Assembly (NCBI GenBank): GCA_044892525.1
Contig: CM097888.1
Coordinates: 60,016,001 to 60,080,000 of the forward strand
DNA length: 64,000 bases
Direction: 5' to 3'
Source: Schmidtea polychroa
Lineage: Eukaryota
The stretch's first letter is position 1. Each line of letters begins with the position of its first letter. The notes beneath the pieces are model-generated. The model did no database searches and had not been told where the DNA came from. It saw only the letters and a list, made by a program, of their open reading frames with translations. The translations under genes were made by a program, and so were the position numbers. This document shows positions 61,601 through 64,000 of the stretch, piece after piece.

Positions 61601-63150
61601 TGTTTACCAAACTATTTTTTTGTGCACTAAAAATTTACAAAAAAAATTTTTCATGACCCCAGCTATTAAATTAATTTAAATTTTTTCAAATGATCAAATT
61701 TAATGTATTTCATTTATCTTAGTTTTTAATATTGTATGTTTGTTTTGCAATTTCCAAACAAATATTGAACATTTGAAAATATAAAAAGATTAAATTTGTT
61801 AATTAATAATAATAATAATAATTAAATAATAATAATAATAATAACAATAATAGTTAATTAAATAAATTTTCTTTGTAGTTGAAAATAAAAATAACCTTTG
61901 ATTTGTTCGAAATATTAATCACTACATAATTATAATTAAGAAATTATTTTATTTTTATTTTTAGTTACAATAAATATGTGAAAATTAAAATATATTAATT
62001 TTTTTTGAAAATATTTCTGTGCCTCATAAAGGGGCACATGACCAACTTTTGGAAACACTGGCTCTCAGCATTCAGATCAACTCCAGATTCGATTCTATTT
62101 ATTGCATAAAGTTTATTCGCTATTATTGTAGGTGTTTGCTTGTTTTTACGATTCTGTTATTTAAGGTATAAAAAATCTTTAAAATTCTATAATAAGTTTT
62201 ATATAATGAGTTTTTATATAACCAACTGATTTAGGATTAAATTTTTAATATTTTTTAGAAATCAAATTTACAAATGCTAAATTTAATTAGAATTACAAGC
62301 GGTGGATAAAGTGGAGGTCGGATAAATGAAAGAGTATTGCATCTGTAAATATAATATTTTCGAAATGAAATTATTATAAAATAAGCAACAAAATTAGAAT
62401 TTAATTAAATCCATGTTTTCATTAAATAAATGAGGGGAAAACGTTCATGCTAACCTCAAGATAATTATAAGCATTTGAGATATAATAGTAACATGAATAT
62501 TTTGATGCTTAAAAATACAAATAATAAAATTTATCAACTGAAATTTTGATGCATTTGTAATTTTATACGCAAAATAGCAATGTGATAACTGTATTAGAAA
62601 TCCGTATTTAGAAACACTTTGGAATATAAATTCTATATGACACTTTAATCTGTACTTAAATGACAAGAACAATCATTATAATTTGTAGAATGGTAGAAAT
62701 TTTTTCATTTAAAATTGATGGGATAAATTTTAAAATTGGAATACTACTTACTTGCAGTTTCCCGTTCTAACTTTTCTCGTCTGGTTTTTGAAGAAAACCC
62801 AACCACCTCTCCGTCGATAATTCTTCGTTTACGTTTCCGTCCGTAACTAGACGTGTTAAGTGGATTCTTGAAACCGTTTTTACTTTTGTCTGTTTTATAA
62901 AAATTAATTTTTTGTTGATTTATTTTATTTTTAATAGACCTTTTCTTTCATCGGCCTCTTCTATTGTTGGCTCGGTTTTTTCAATTTTATTTAAAATTAT
63001 GTCATCATGTTCTGGCGATTCTGAATTGCTGTTTTCTTTGGATTCCTTGGACTCTTCGTTTTTTACTTAGTTGTGATTAGGAAATTCAATATAATTTTCT
63101 ATTATAGTAATACCTTGTTTATTTTCCTCCCATAGTTCAAGCAAACCCAT
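43690..63150 (-). CDS. L3MBTL: Lethal(3)malignant brain tumor-like protein (3xMBT, C2HC zinc finger, SAM); exons 63150-63114, 63065-62940, 62889-62752, 58054-57945, 56465-56231, 53481-53387, 53337-53109, 53058-52970, 52629-52386, 51118-51028, 50983-50687, 44428-43888, 43839-43690; about 793 aa
   Basis: All junctions are GT-AG and phase-consistent. MBT motifs KLEGIDP...RLRLHFDG...IFPTGWC, KLEAVDKRN...LVHFDSW...PVGYC, GMRCEVIDKR...PVGWC. C2HC finger CPIYGCKGYGH...H.RTSGCP. SAM EVDGAAFMCL...MKLGPAIK. The start codon is uncertain and extra exons could hide in the N-gap or introns. Confidence 0.9.
44825..44960 (+). mobile_element. Helitron-like 5' end
   Basis: A|TCTAATATATAAAGATGAAAGTTTGTTTGTT...GCTGAAATTTTGCATG, typical of non-autonomous Helitron 5' ends. 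No CTRR 3' end seen. Confidence 0.5.
49149..49995 (-). mobile_element. hAT transposase 3' half with TIR
   Basis: TIR CAGTGATGGCGAACCTTT at 49149; FSSTYSCETLFSSMNFIKSDMRNRL. Confidence 0.9.
50045..50123. repeat. Near-perfect palindrome (about 38-bp arms, 3-nt loop)
   Basis: GCTGAATATAATTCTGTTAGTGTCAAAATTCAATATAG-TTA-CTATATTGAATTTCGACACTGACAGAATTCTATTCAGC. Confidence 0.9.
51728..51884. repeat. 157-bp palindrome (about 75-bp arms, 7-nt loop)
   Basis: Arms tcatattaatatttg...ctttatcaa and ttgatgaag...caaatattaatatga around the loop tacacac. Confidence 0.92.
54072..54420. mobile_element. hAT MITE with 8-bp TSD
   Basis: CAGTGATGCCCA...TGGGCACCACTG; flanks ctttaaag and ctttaaaa (7/8 match). Confidence 0.85.
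57079..57182. repeat. Inverted-repeat MITE-like element; the adjacent 57020-57065 also matches 45990-46035
   Basis: ccacaatagttgtcacattttgat vs atcaaatgtgacaattattgtgg; shared tttactgattcatagtcaagcttttt. Confidence 0.6.
58334..58478. other. Assembly gap (145 N)
   Basis: Run of N. Confidence 1.
58831..58930. mobile_element. 100-bp Tigger/pogo-type MITE with TA TSD
   Basis: TA|CAGATAACCCTCCTACAACGC...GCGTTGTAGGGAGGTTATCTC|TA. Confidence 0.85.
60950..61700 (-). mobile_element. Degenerate Jerky/Tigger-like transposase
   Basis: EGPHIKAKA (CENP-B-like), KVILLLNNNASYHP (cf. LLLDNAPSHP). Confidence 0.6.
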
Positions 63151-64000
63151 TTTATTGTGACGAAACTAAGATAAAAGAATATTTAAAAAATAAACTTACT
63201 TAAAAATACAACTATCAATTCAGCAGTCACGAGATTTACATTTATTGCATTAGTATGAAAGACACGAAAAATAATAGTGACCAAAATATAAAACAAAAAC
63301 TGCAATTTTATAAATAAGAATTCGAAATTACAAAAGTTTTACATCCAAATATATGAATCAAATAAATACAATATTAAAATTTTTTTGTTATTTATCAATG
63401 CTTGGTTCTGTTGGGTTAAAATAAAATTCGGTAGGATTATGATATTCACCTTGAATCATCATGTTTTTATACTATCGCCACTTTATTAAACTATCAACAT
63501 AAATACAATTTTGTAACAGGTTCACCTTTTCTTCAATGAAATTACGAATGTTGTAAGTGTCCTTTGATTTTTACATTTGCAATTAATTTTGTACACTTTT
63601 TTATAACCTCAATAAATAAAATTATTTCATAAAACAAATTTAATTAACTATATATGTAATTAACCTTATGACAAATGTGCACAAAGTCTGCATACCATGA
63701 TCAAAGATCTAATGAATGCCATCAAAGAAAATGAAAATTTGTTTCTGAAAAATTATGTTCTTAAATTACTTATAATAATTTTATTATACTATTTCTTCCT
63801 TTCATCTAGTTATACATTTGCTACGAACCCACATATCCAGCTTAATTTCCATAAAGGTATGGTTAATCTCAAAGTTCGTAGTGTTATGAGTATGATGCAC
63901 ATTGGTATAGTACCAAAAATTATGATACCAAAAATACTGAACAACACAAATTTTCAGATAAAGACAGGGCCGAAAATTTGTGTTTCATAGAAAACAAATT

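Noticed and set aside
63697-63990. 97-aa ORF as a single-exon gene
   Set aside because: It contains an intron-like AT/pyrimidine tract with splice signals; at best it is pieces of exons

Overview
Very AT-rich eukaryotic DNA. The 42-62 bp introns, Ulp1-bearing NeSL-type LINEs and mariners suggest a planarian flatworm (inference). Host genes, assembled by hand from GT-AG exon phases: (1) the last two exons of a + strand gene whose tail has YxxM and PxxPxR motifs (163-726); (2) a complete 6-exon short-chain acyl-CoA dehydrogenase, ACADS (- strand, 43461->10154, about 409 aa), with a 22.6 kb TE-filled intron 2; (3) a 3-exon truncated ACADS paralog not shown in the ORF track (- strand, 6461->3803, 97 aa); (4) an L(3)mbt-like gene (3xMBT, C2HC zinc finger, SAM; - strand, about 63150->43690, about 793 aa) whose stop codon lies only about 230 bp upstream of the ACADS ATG. 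The rest is mostly decayed transposons: hAT, Tigger/pogo, mariner/Tc1, Zator, piggyBac-like and hAT MITEs, a Helitron end, Gypsy and NeSL/R2-like LINEs. A 10.6 kb Zator element holds several nested retroelements. Best leads: the spliceable 97-aa ACADS paralog, the operon-like L3MBTL-ACADS junction, an in-frame DDE-deleted Tigger, and a 157-bp palindrome carrying a hammerhead-like core. No CRISPR, rRNA or tRNA was recognised.
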